A DNA stretch of 64,000 bases. Source: Syntrophales bacterium. GTDB lineage: Bacteria; Desulfobacterota; Syntrophia; Syntrophales; UBA2210. Below the pieces are notes generated by a model. It saw only the letters and a list, made by a program, of their open reading frames with translations. It was not told the origin of the DNA and made no database searches. Of the stretch, positions 41,692 to 50,672 are shown one piece after another (positions within the stretch are counted from its first letter, which is position 1; each line of letters starts with the position of its first letter). Where the stretch lies: the NCBI GenBank assembly GCA_963662405.2, contig CAXXKT010000003.1:32001-96000 (forward strand), written 5' to 3'. The position numbers and the translations under genes were made by a program.

Positions 41692-42141
41692 TTATCGCCG
41701 CTTGTCCGCCATTTTTTCGATATTGATCAGAAAATCCTCGATGACTGTGATTTTTTCGTCCGTCATACGCTTGAGATATTCATTCAATTCATCGTCGATT
41801 TCTTCATGATATTGCTCGTGGGCATAATAGGCTACCTTGCCTTTATTCGTCAGTTCCGGCACCATCTTCAGGCTGTGCCCCGGGTCCCCCATCTTCTTGA
41901 TCAGGCCCTTTTTTTCCAGTTTGGCGGCGACCTGGGAAACCGCTCCCCTTGTGATACCGGCGGATCGTGCCAGCTCGGAGATATGCACCCCCGGGTTGTT
42001 GCCGATCAGCATGATCATATGGATTTCAGACGGGTGCAGTAGCTCGTCCATACCGTAATGACGGGCTTTTTTTTCGTTCCGGGCGAATTTGTTGAATACC
42101 CGCAGCAGGGTTTCGCCCAATTGTATCACTCGCTTATCCAT
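41692..42141 (-). CDS. MarR-family regulator
   Basis: SEIHMIMLIG, ELARSAGITRGAVSQ, KLEKKGLI, LTNKG. Confidence 0.92.
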   Translation of the reverse strand: MDKRVIQLGETLLRVFNKFARNEKKARHYGMDELLHPSEIHMIMLIGNNPGVHISELARSAGITRGAVSQVAAKLEKKGLIKKMGDPGHSLKMVPELTNKGKVAYYAHEQYHEEIDDELNEYLKRMTDEKITVIEDFLINIEKMADKRR

Positions 42142-42171
42142 GTCCTCTGTCTATGATAACTGAAATATATG

Positions 42172-43353
42172 TCAAGTTTTTTCTCCGAGGCCTTGAGTTT
42201 CTACATGATCGGTGCTCACAGGGGTTGCGGCCTTCCAATGTGCGATCAGAAGAATAATCGACGACAGGGCCAACAGGGCCGACAGCAGAAGGAACACCGA
42301 ACTCATGGACCCGTGTATCATCCGTTTGTAGCAATCGAGCAGCAATGGGGAGACGAACTGACCCAGAAAAACACTGCTCATGACAACCGTCATGGCCGAC
42401 ACGTTTCTGCCGGCGGGAAGGTTGCTTACCGCACGGTTTATAATCAAGGGAAAGGCCCATCCTGTTCCGATTCCCGCGGCGGTTATTGACAGAACAAGGG
42501 ATGCTGCTCCCGTGGCGACGGCCAATCCGCCGTACCCGACGGCCATGAACGCCAGCATCACGGCGGGCAGCCATTTGTGCATGATTTTGTCTGCCGATGC
42601 CAGTGAGACTCCGCTGACAAACATGCAAAGGGTGTTAAAGGCGAAGAGCAGTCCCGTCAGACGTGAATCGCCGATACCCCGGCTCTCCACCAGCAGGGAA
42701 AGGTTGGTAACAATGGCAAAGAAAGCGACCATGATAAGAAATCCCACCGTTGCATAACCGTACACCGATGCCGGCAATCCGGGACTCTTGATCTGTTTCT
42801 CCGTTTCCGGGGGAAGATCTTTCAGAAAGATGATTGCCAGTATAAGTACCGGCAGTGCAATGAGATAAACACTGAACATATACCGCCAGCATATCATTAC
42901 CAGGAAGCCGGCTCCGATATTCCCCAGGATTGCACCGAGATTATTGGCGGCGGAGGCCAATCCCATCATGCGTGTCCGTTCCTGCCCCGAGTAGCAGTCC
43001 CCGATAAGGCCCGTCGCCAGGGGGATAATGATTCCCGCCCCGATGCCCAGCAAGATCCTGAATGCGAGCAGGGTTGTCACCGTACCGGTGAATCCCGCTC
43101 CCGCCCCGCCGATAATGTATATAATAAGACCGATGATCAGCATTTTCCTTTTGGATACCTGCAGCCGGGCGATCATCATTCCCGTAATGACGATGACCGG
43201 CACGGCAACCAACGGCGGAAGGGTGACCATCATTTTAATCTGCGTCTCGCCTGCGGCGGGGAAAACCTTGAAAATCTCAGCCAGGCCCGGCGCTACGGCG
43301 GCTCCGGCCATGACGGTCAACAATGAAACCGAAAGCAGTGACAACCGGAACAT
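42172..43353 (-). CDS. MFS transporter
   Basis: ~12 TM helices, FRILLGIGAG, LIGDCYSGQER, FLGQFVSP. Confidence 0.9.
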   Translation of the reverse strand: MFRLSLLSVSLLTVMAGAAVAPGLAEIFKVFPAAGETQIKMMVTLPPLVAVPVIVITGMMIARLQVSKRKMLIIGLIIYIIGGAGAGFTGTVTTLLAFRILLGIGAGIIIPLATGLIGDCYSGQERTRMMGLASAANNLGAILGNIGAGFLVMICWRYMFSVYLIALPVLILAIIFLKDLPPETEKQIKSPGLPASVYGYATVGFLIMVAFFAIVTNLSLLVESRGIGDSRLTGLLFAFNTLCMFVSGVSLASADKIMHKWLPAVMLAFMAVGYGGLAVATGAASLVLSITAAGIGTGWAFPLIINRAVSNLPAGRNVSAMTVVMSSVFLGQFVSPLLLDCYKRMIHGSMSSVFLLLSALLALSSIILLIAHWKAATPVSTDHVETQGLGEKT

Positions 43354-43381
43354 TTCATTTCTCCTTACGAGAGGGATTTTG

Positions 43382-43435
43382 TGTATAGCAACTATACATA
43401 AATTGCTGAATACCCTCTCTCGAAGGCTTTGTCAA
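43382..43435 (-). promoter_or_regulatory. Promoter and putative MarR operator of the MFS-marR unit
   Basis: TTGACA (43430-43435)-17 nt-TATTCA (43407-43412), followed by the palindrome TGTATAG-N3-CTATACA (43382-43398). Confidence 0.65.
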
Positions 43436-43633
43436 GAACAATTATTTTCGGTCCTGCTTCCGGGGTGCCGCTCCGCCGGACGTCTTTCGTACGACATAGG
43501 CCCTGGAGCGTCCCGGCAGATTTCCGATGGACGATGACCGAAATTGCAGGCAGTAAATTCGTTTGAAATGAGAGAAATCGAGCAACTTTGCATGATCCGA
43601 TTCGAATACTCTCTTTACGGTTTCCATATCGGG

Positions 43634-44263
43634 TTACCTGTCGTTTGTAAGGCCACAGTCATTTCTTTCCCCGGCCGGCTGCGTACACATGATGTCCAGG
43701 AGACGACCGATGCTGGTATTGTTCTTCCGGGCCAGATCCGCCAGGGATTGATCCGGGGATTGGATGACGATATGGTACCGGGTCAAATGTTCAAGCGATG
43801 TTTCCGGGTTCCATCCCATATACCTGGCGATCTGGGTCGCAGGATAGTCCGCGGCGGTCCCATAGGGAGGGGCCCCGTATTTTTTCATGGATGCCATGCG
43901 GCAGGCCCGGGCCACGTCCAGAAACTGTCCCATAGGCGGAATCTCATAGTATCCCCCGACGCAGACATAGAGTGTCAGGAGTAAAGAGACGGTCAGGGGC
44001 ACGGCGGAATATTTTGAACGCCGCATTGTCACATAGGCCACCAGAGGCCGCCAGTTCAGACAGGTATGGGCCACCATGGCCAGGCAGAAAAGAAGACCGG
44101 AATTGAGGTGCAGGACGCCCCAGTGGTGGCGGGAAAGGCCGAGGAAGGTCCATGGACAGAAATGACCCACCTGGCCGGCGGGTCCGAAGTAAAGAACCAC
44201 ACTGGTAAGCAGCATGACAAGGCCGGAAAAGGCCAGCGTCAGGGATGAAGTTTTTCTAAACAT
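43634..44263 (-). CDS. DUF4405-like membrane protein
   Basis: LTSVVLYFGP, WTFLGLS, WGVLH, HTCLNW. Confidence 0.75.
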   Translation of the reverse strand: MFRKTSSLTLAFSGLVMLLTSVVLYFGPAGQVGHFCPWTFLGLSRHHWGVLHLNSGLLFCLAMVAHTCLNWRPLVAYVTMRRSKYSAVPLTVSLLLTLYVCVGGYYEIPPMGQFLDVARACRMASMKKYGAPPYGTAADYPATQIARYMGWNPETSLEHLTRYHIVIQSPDQSLADLARKNNTSIGRLLDIMCTQPAGERNDCGLTNDR

Positions 44264-44303
44264 TTTAACACCTTATGATATCGCACGCCGTGGGTGGGGA
44301 GAT

Positions 44304-45320
44304 TCACTTCCGCGCAATATCCATGTCCATGGCACCCATGGGGGTGTCTATGGTGCGGGATCGTACCGATCTGAATCCGCACCGGATCATGGAATCGGCA
44401 ACAAACCCCTGATCCAGTGAAAGATCGATGTCCGTCGTGAGTTGATCCGCAAGATGACCCAGCATGGTGTCGGGTTTGGTGCGTTCGTGGGTCATGCCGT
44501 CCTGAAAGCTGATGAAATAACCGCCCGGCTTGACGGCCCTGTAGATTTTATCTATCAGAAAATCCATATTCCCTTTGGCGAAATTGAGTGTTGCACTGGC
44601 CCATATGAGATCGTAATCGGTTCCGATGTCGTCGGCCATATAATCGCCCGGCGCAACGTCAAGCCGATCTTCCATACCGTATTCACGGATAAATTCTCTG
44701 GCGATTTCCACCACGGCCGGTCTGTCAAAAACGATGCCTTTCATGAAAGGATGAGCGTTCACGGTGTAGAGCGCAAACATCCCGTGTCCGCCACCCAGGT
44801 CAAGCATGCGTTGAAACTCTGAAAACCCGGGGAGTTTCGAAATGATACCTGCCACTTTCAGGCCCATACCGCTCGTAACCCAGGCGGCGCTGGCCCGGGT
44901 GACTTTGGCCCAAAGTTCTTGAGAGGCAAGCTCCGTTTGCGCATCCTCTCCGACCGGGCCCTCTTTTACAAGCCTAGTCATGTTTTTAAGTGAATCTACA
45001 TATCTTTCGTTCATCTGGAGCATTTCACCTATGTAGGTAGGCGAACCCTCTCCAAGAAAAGTTTGCGCAATCGGAAGATTGCGGTACAGCCCGTTTTTCT
45101 TCTCGACAAGATCGATCGTCGCCAGTGCATCCAGAAAACGGCGTGTGTTCTCAGGATGGGTATCCATGTCCCGAGCCGCATCTTCGGCAGAACAAAAGTT
45201 CTCCAGCAGGTTGAATATTTTGAGTTCAATGCCTGTCATCATCAATCTTGCTTTTAGGGAACCGGTAAAAAATTGATACAGTTTTCCATAATTCATCGTC
45301 ATCATAGGTAATTCTTTCAT
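44304..45320 (-). CDS. O-methyltransferase (N-terminal dimerisation domain + SAM domain)
   Basis: GIELKIF, RFLDAL, MLDLGGGHG, VFDRP, GDYM, KPGG. Confidence 0.9.
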   Translation of the reverse strand: MKELPMMTMNYGKLYQFFTGSLKARLMMTGIELKIFNLLENFCSAEDAARDMDTHPENTRRFLDALATIDLVEKKNGLYRNLPIAQTFLGEGSPTYIGEMLQMNERYVDSLKNMTRLVKEGPVGEDAQTELASQELWAKVTRASAAWVTSGMGLKVAGIISKLPGFSEFQRMLDLGGGHGMFALYTVNAHPFMKGIVFDRPAVVEIAREFIREYGMEDRLDVAPGDYMADDIGTDYDLIWASATLNFAKGNMDFLIDKIYRAVKPGGYFISFQDGMTHERTKPDTMLGHLADQLTTDIDLSLDQGFVADSMIRCGFRSVRSRTIDTPMGAMDMDIARK

Positions 45321-45970
45321 TTTCGTTTTCTCCCTTTCAGGCAGATCATGTTTGTTTCCTTCTCGATAAGCCGCGATTCCTCGACGATGAATCCACCGTG
45401 CTCCAACATACGGGTAATGTCATCCGGGGTCATGATCCGGTTTTCCCTCGGCGGCAGGCCGAACATTTTCAGGTACCGGATACCCATGGCAATCCGCGAG
45501 CGAAGCGGCATGCCGGAAGAGGTTGCGTCAACCACGACAAGGGATCCGTTGTCTCTGAGGAGCCGGAGGCACTCCTTCAGTGTGTCCGTCGGGGACCGCA
45601 GGATATGGAGGAGATTACCCAGGAATATGCCGTCAAAACTGCCGTCCGGAAACGAGGTGTGGTAGCAATCTTCAAGCAGGACTCTGACATTGTCCGATGC
45701 ACGAAGCCTCGTTCGTGCCAATTCAACCATTGCGGGAGACCCGTCCGTCGCCGTCAGGGATCCGACTTTCTTCCGTGCAATCAGTGATGAAAAAACGCCG
45801 GTTCCGCACCCCATCTCCAGGATATGATCGGTTTCACTGAACTGACCGGACACCCATTCCCCGGTTTCCCGCTGGGTCTCTTCCTCGATGATGTAACCTA
45901 TGGCAGCATCGTATTGCCGGGCCACCTTGCCCCAGTATTCATACTCTTTCTTGTCGTTTGTTATTTTCAT
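45317..45970 (-). CDS. Class I SAM-dependent methyltransferase
   Basis: YWGKVARQYD, LEMGCGTG, FPDGSFD, NLLH. Confidence 0.9.
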   Translation of the reverse strand: MKITNDKKEYEYWGKVARQYDAAIGYIIEEETQRETGEWVSGQFSETDHILEMGCGTGVFSSLIARKKVGSLTATDGSPAMVELARTRLRASDNVRVLLEDCYHTSFPDGSFDGIFLGNLLHILRSPTDTLKECLRLLRDNGSLVVVDATSSGMPLRSRIAMGIRYLKMFGLPPRENRIMTPDDITRMLEHGGFIVEESRLIEKETNMICLKGRKRK

Positions 45971-46073
45971 CACCTTTCTGCTAAGCACCTACACAGCAAT
46001 CTCAAAGAGACAGCAGAATCACCCTTTCAGTTTTCGGGACTGTTTCAACAATTATTATATAAATTCAAACACA

Positions 46074-46718
46074 TTAGGACCTAAGCGCTTTTTCTCCATA
46101 ACAGACCTGCAGCAGACCCCTGGCTGACTTGACGTGTATGCCTGAAAATCCGGCTGATCTGAACATGGATGTCATCTCTGTATTGGAATAGGTCTTCAGT
46201 TGAAAGAGCCAGCCAAAGATGATTTTTCCGAGAAGGCTGTTGTCCAAAGTTACCATGGAAAACCTCCCGCCCGGTTTTAACACCCTCCATACCTCGGCAA
46301 GCATGGTCTCGGGGGTCTCAACAAAAAAGAACATGTTCGCGCTGGCACACGCCGTGAATTTTTCGTTCTCCCACGGGAGTTGCTCCGCCTTTCCCTGAAC
46401 GATCTCTAATGTGCCCTCTTCGACATAACGCCGATTGTTCTTTACGGAGAGTTCAACCATGGCGTTGCTGTGGTCAACAGCCGCTCCCGTTTTCACCTTC
46501 GGCATGACCATGCCTAAAAGCCTTCCGCCACCGCACCCTATTTCGCAATAGGCATCCTCTCCATTTAAACAAAGAGTCTCCATGATTTTTTTAAAAGAGA
46601 GGTAGTGCCCTGTGGGATTGGCGTATTTTTTTACCGCCCACCTCCCCTCGGGCCTGCGCGCCGTTTTATCGATAAATCGCTTCCATATTCCAGTAGTTGT
46701 CATGTTACTATCCTTCAC
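46074..46718 (-). CDS. Class I SAM-dependent methyltransferase
   Basis: EIGCGGG, VDHSNAMV, AEQLPW, RVLKPGG. Confidence 0.9.
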   Translation of the reverse strand: MKDSNMTTTGIWKRFIDKTARRPEGRWAVKKYANPTGHYLSFKKIMETLCLNGEDAYCEIGCGGGRLLGMVMPKVKTGAAVDHSNAMVELSVKNNRRYVEEGTLEIVQGKAEQLPWENEKFTACASANMFFFVETPETMLAEVWRVLKPGGRFSMVTLDNSLLGKIIFGWLFQLKTYSNTEMTSMFRSAGFSGIHVKSARGLLQVCYGEKALRS

Positions 46719-47427
46719 TATCGTATTGTGCGGCGCATGTGGACCTCATGCGAGCCACCCGTTCGTTTACCTTCTTGATCATGAGCCGGTAGAACAAAAG
46801 TTTCAGGGGGCCTGGCCTGTTTTTATATCTGTCGGTCCGGTAATAGTCCGCAGGCTCGTCCCAGACGCCATGATCTGCCACAACCGCACCCATCTGCACG
46901 AATTTTTTCTCTTCAATACTGAAGTCGACGCTCGGTTCCCCGTCGGCGCGGGAGATGGAATATCCTGAGTCCCATCTCTTTTCCTCCAGGGCTTTTCTGC
47001 CGGTCCGGTAGAAGGCGATATCATTGATGAACGAATCGATCCTTCTCCACCGTCCGTCGATTTCGATCTCGACCCAGCTGTGCGATATGAGTGGGGGCAT
47101 CAAGGCGTACCCGATCCCGGTAAAAAGCCCCCGCTGTATCTCTTTCTTGATGAGGGAAAAGTGCATGCGGGCGGGAAGGCCCGCGGCCCTGCACAAGGCG
47201 ACCAGCAGTGCACCCTTGGTGTTGCACTGGCCCATTCCGAGCCGGATGGTATCGGATGCCTTCACCAGATCGCCGTCCTCAGGGAAGCCGAAAAGGATCG
47301 TGTCACGAACGTAGAAGAAGAGACTTTCCAGTTTTTTACAGGCCGATGTCTCGTATCCGGTCAGTCGCCCGGCCGTTTCACGGACTAGGGGATGATCGGC
47401 ATCGGCCAAAGATACAATTACTTTCAT
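46708..47427 (-). CDS. Transglutaminase-like domain protein
   Basis: FFYVRD, GQCNTK (Cys), RAAGLPAR, HSWVE (His), WRRID (Asp). Confidence 0.87.
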   Translation of the reverse strand: MKVIVSLADADHPLVRETAGRLTGYETSACKKLESLFFYVRDTILFGFPEDGDLVKASDTIRLGMGQCNTKGALLVALCRAAGLPARMHFSLIKKEIQRGLFTGIGYALMPPLISHSWVEIEIDGRWRRIDSFINDIAFYRTGRKALEEKRWDSGYSISRADGEPSVDFSIEEKKFVQMGAVVADHGVWDEPADYYRTDRYKNRPGPLKLLFYRLMIKKVNERVARMRSTCAAQYDSEG

Positions 47428-47628
47428 CGATTATCTCTCCCTTATACACAACTCTCTATACATTCCATATACGGTTCCACAAGATTTTTCGTCCCTTCCT
47501 GGTCACCGGTATAATCAACAGGAGTCGGTCCCCCGCACAGTGCCGGGAGGATCGTCTCCTGTTGAGAAAATATCCTCTCTCTCTTTCTGTGACAAACCCT
47601 TAACACGAGAATTGTCGCATCATAGGGT

Positions 47629-48651
47629 TTACGGTGCCAGCGCCGCCGCCCACTTCTTCAGGAAAACCGGATATTCCAGTACGCTGGAGTCGACATAGCG
47701 GGGTAATGCATAGACGGCCAGGTTCCGAATGGCCTTGACTTTTGCCATTTCCGGATGGGCAGCCCGGTAGTCGGCCATTGCCTTCTGGACCGCGAATGTA
47801 TCGCCGGTCATGACGATCGCGTCGGGATCGGCCGCAATCAGCGGTTTCAGGGATAAAATCCCCTTTTTCTTGGGCACCATGTAATGGCCTTTGGTGGGTT
47901 TGCCGTCGTCCGGTTTGAAGGCGTCGCCCGCATTGATGCACCCCAGTTTTGAAAGCAGGAACCGGTCCGCATACCCGCCGGGGGCCTCGACCCGCAGCAT
48001 CGATTTCCCGGTGGTTGCCTGGTAGATCCCGTTGAAAATGATCACCCGTTTCCCCGTCTTTTCCTTCGGCAATTTCGATTGAGCCGAAGCAAGCTGCTTG
48101 CGGTATCTTTCGATTACTGCTGCGGCCTTATCAGTACGGTCCAGCATCTCGGCGGTTTGGCGTACCGCCTCCTCGAGCCCTTTTGAAAAATCGACGTACT
48201 CAATCGTGACATCCGTGTCACTCATGAGGGGAACGACATTTTCGGGTTTGACCTTCGGCTTATAAATACAGTAGGGATCGCTTTTCTCTATAATCAGCCT
48301 CTTGACACCGAATTTCCTGCATGCCGTGGGAACGGTTTCTTTCTTCACCACAATACAGCGGGGACATCCCAGCATCTGACTTGTCACTTTCAGCTTCTTG
48401 GCCATGGGCCACATACAGCCGCGTACCGACATGGCTTCGGGCAGGACGCCCAGGTTGTAGGCGATATCAACCACCCGATCTCCGATGATGATGACCTTCA
48501 CTTTTTCGGGGGGGGGCGCCTTCATCGACGCCTCGACCCCTCCGGCTTGAAAGAGTGAGACAACTATGAAAAAAACAGCCAGGGCCGTTACAACCGCCCG
48601 CTGAACGTTGGTTGCATGTAATTTCTCTTTGTACTTCATGGTTTCCTCCAT
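47629..48651 (-). CDS. Periplasmic binding protein (Fe-chelate/B12-binding-like), Cys-rich
   Basis: Signal/anchor helix, VDIAYNLGV, LGCPRC, DPDAIV, VKAIRNLAVY. Confidence 0.7.
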   Translation of the reverse strand: MEETMKYKEKLHATNVQRAVVTALAVFFIVVSLFQAGGVEASMKAPPPEKVKVIIIGDRVVDIAYNLGVLPEAMSVRGCMWPMAKKLKVTSQMLGCPRCIVVKKETVPTACRKFGVKRLIIEKSDPYCIYKPKVKPENVVPLMSDTDVTIEYVDFSKGLEEAVRQTAEMLDRTDKAAAVIERYRKQLASAQSKLPKEKTGKRVIIFNGIYQATTGKSMLRVEAPGGYADRFLLSKLGCINAGDAFKPDDGKPTKGHYMVPKKKGILSLKPLIAADPDAIVMTGDTFAVQKAMADYRAAHPEMAKVKAIRNLAVYALPRYVDSSVLEYPVFLKKWAAALAP

Positions 48652-48665
48652 TGTCTGTCGGTTTG

Positions 48666-49652
48666 TCAGAATTTCATCGCCAGCTTGGCCACGATACGAT
48701 AATCTTCGGACAGCTGGGTCCCGTTTAGGTCGCGGTAGACCGGTATGGGGGTACAGAGACCGACGTGGATCCCCTTCTTCAGTTTAAAATGCACCCCCGG
48801 CGTCAGATAAACGACGTGCCCTCCCGTGTCGTCCTGCGTTTCCCCGGCTAATGTTCCCTTTTCCTTGATCTCCCCGTTACATTCGAGCTGCAGGTCGAGC
48901 AGTTTGGAAACGGCATAGGCGTAACCGACGTTGTATTTGAACACGTCGGGTTTTTCACAGTCCATTTCCCCCACTTCACCTTCGGTCGTCATCTGATACA
49001 TGAGGTGACTCGAAAACCAGTGACGCCCCATAACCTTATGGGCCCCCAGTTCCACAACGGGGTCCCAGGAGCCGGAACCGGTCTGCAGAAAACCGGGGGT
49101 ATTGCCGGACGTGTCCTCCTCATCCGTGCAGCCGGTGGGGAATTTCACGCCTGCGCCGATGGCCAGGTTACACGGGTCCTTTGCCTTCTGAGACCAGATC
49201 CGGTATCGACTGATGAGCCTGATATCACCGATGCCCGAGTGGTCGTCCGAGAAATTTTTATTCCAGGATTGCCGGTGCATCCCCTTGTCGAGAAAGGGAA
49301 CGATCAGCTTGGCATCGATGCGGTCGGTGATTCCGGCGCGCAGCGTCATCTGGAGCTGGCGCAGGGATTTCTCGTCGCACTGCTTCCCCGGTTTTTGGCC
49401 TTTGACGGGCCGTGTAAAATCGACTTTGTCATTGCCGTCGTACAACTGGTCCTGATCGTAAAAAATGGATTTGAATATGATGCCGTATTGCCCTTTCTGA
49501 TACACGCCGCCGTTACTGGAGTTGACCACGCCAACGGGTCGGGGTCCTTTGGCGGTCTTTGTCTTCTCACCCGCTCCCGCCGGAACGGCGAGCAGGACGA
49601 CCAGACCTGCCAGCAATAAACACTTCAGTTTCTTTCGTCTCCGTACGTTCAT
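48666..49652 (-). CDS. Outer-membrane 'transporter' beta-barrel (phenol MetA-like family)
   Basis: Signal peptide, SGIGDI, GVKFPTG, QTGSGSWD, PVYRDLNGTQL, C-terminal Phe. Confidence 0.75.
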   Translation of the reverse strand: MNVRRRKKLKCLLLAGLVVLLAVPAGAGEKTKTAKGPRPVGVVNSSNGGVYQKGQYGIIFKSIFYDQDQLYDGNDKVDFTRPVKGQKPGKQCDEKSLRQLQMTLRAGITDRIDAKLIVPFLDKGMHRQSWNKNFSDDHSGIGDIRLISRYRIWSQKAKDPCNLAIGAGVKFPTGCTDEEDTSGNTPGFLQTGSGSWDPVVELGAHKVMGRHWFSSHLMYQMTTEGEVGEMDCEKPDVFKYNVGYAYAVSKLLDLQLECNGEIKEKGTLAGETQDDTGGHVVYLTPGVHFKLKKGIHVGLCTPIPVYRDLNGTQLSEDYRIVAKLAMKF

Positions 49653-49910
49653 GGATCATCTGCTCTGCATTTCACTCCTTCTCCTTCAATATTATAATTA
49701 ATCAATGCAGCGGGCCTTGCGTGATGACAAAACCCGTTGCGCCTTCACTTGTCTCCGTGTGTTTCGGAACCTGTACGCTGTGGTCGCCTCTTTGAATTCT
49801 CATGAGGGGTTCTGTGTTGTACGGCGGGCGCTCCCGGCACACATGTGCCGCCACAATGTCTGGATCCCAATAGGACGTCTCAACGTCCGTCACGAGATCT
49901 TCAGTGATCG

Positions 49911-50312
49911 CTAATCAACCTGTGACGTAATGTGACGGAGATTTCCTTTTATGTAGAGCGCGACCGCTTCATCAATATTCTTGATATCGGTCGCGATGGC
50001 CCTGATGCCGGAGAGGGTAAAGTGATCGTATGCCCCGGTCCCGATCCTGTTCACGATGAGGGTCTTACAGTCTTTGAATACATCGAGTATCGTCATATGT
50101 CTCTTTACGGCTTCGGCGCCGTATCCATGTCTGCCCCTCTCATCCGTCTGGGGGTGCGACTCATCACCCGCAAATTGACCGTGCCCGGGTTTTTCCCTGA
50201 CCTCCCGGTCGGTGATCTGCCCGTTCATCACGGTCGCCACGAGGATGTACGCGTTTCCACCGAAGTGCTCCGCGATTTGCGTCTTGTCGTCGGTTGCAAC
50301 TGCAATTTTCAT
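49911..50312 (-). CDS. NifB/NifX-family cluster-binding protein
   Basis: MKIAVATDD, EHFG, His-rich insert, DCKTLIVNRIGTGA. Confidence 0.85.
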   Translation of the reverse strand: MKIAVATDDKTQIAEHFGGNAYILVATVMNGQITDREVREKPGHGQFAGDESHPQTDERGRHGYGAEAVKRHMTILDVFKDCKTLIVNRIGTGAYDHFTLSGIRAIATDIKNIDEAVALYIKGNLRHITSQVD

Positions 50313-50672
50313 CTTTGATTGTCTCCCTTTCTTTGAGTAGTTTTATCGTGTTCCGTGGGGGGACTGGTTTCTCCCTCCATGCGCTCATCACCATTCTTTG
50401 GATGCGGGGCTTCCCCGTACACGGGGGTAGCCGCTGCTCTGAAAAAACAATTGTTCTTCCTCTCTTTTTTTGTTTTGGCTGTGGCATGTTCAGAGGGGGG
50501 GTACATGCCTCTGAACATGCCGGACCGGAATCATACACATGATCCCAACCATACAGCCGGATTAAGAAGAGGACGGGCTCTCGAGGATATCCGCGAGAGG
50601 ACCTCTTTCTGGGACCGATCAGCATGTCGCAGGCCAGCCATCATTATTCGCATAGCTCGGTCGCACCCTCCG

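Noticed and set aside
49702..49910. Possible TolC remnant (EDLVTDVETSYWD)
   Set aside because: Only a short resemblance, with no further supporting motif.
14804..50312. Nitrogen fixation, inferred from the NifA-like and NifX-like genes
   Set aside because: No nifHDK/ENB in the window; both families are widespread outside nif clusters.
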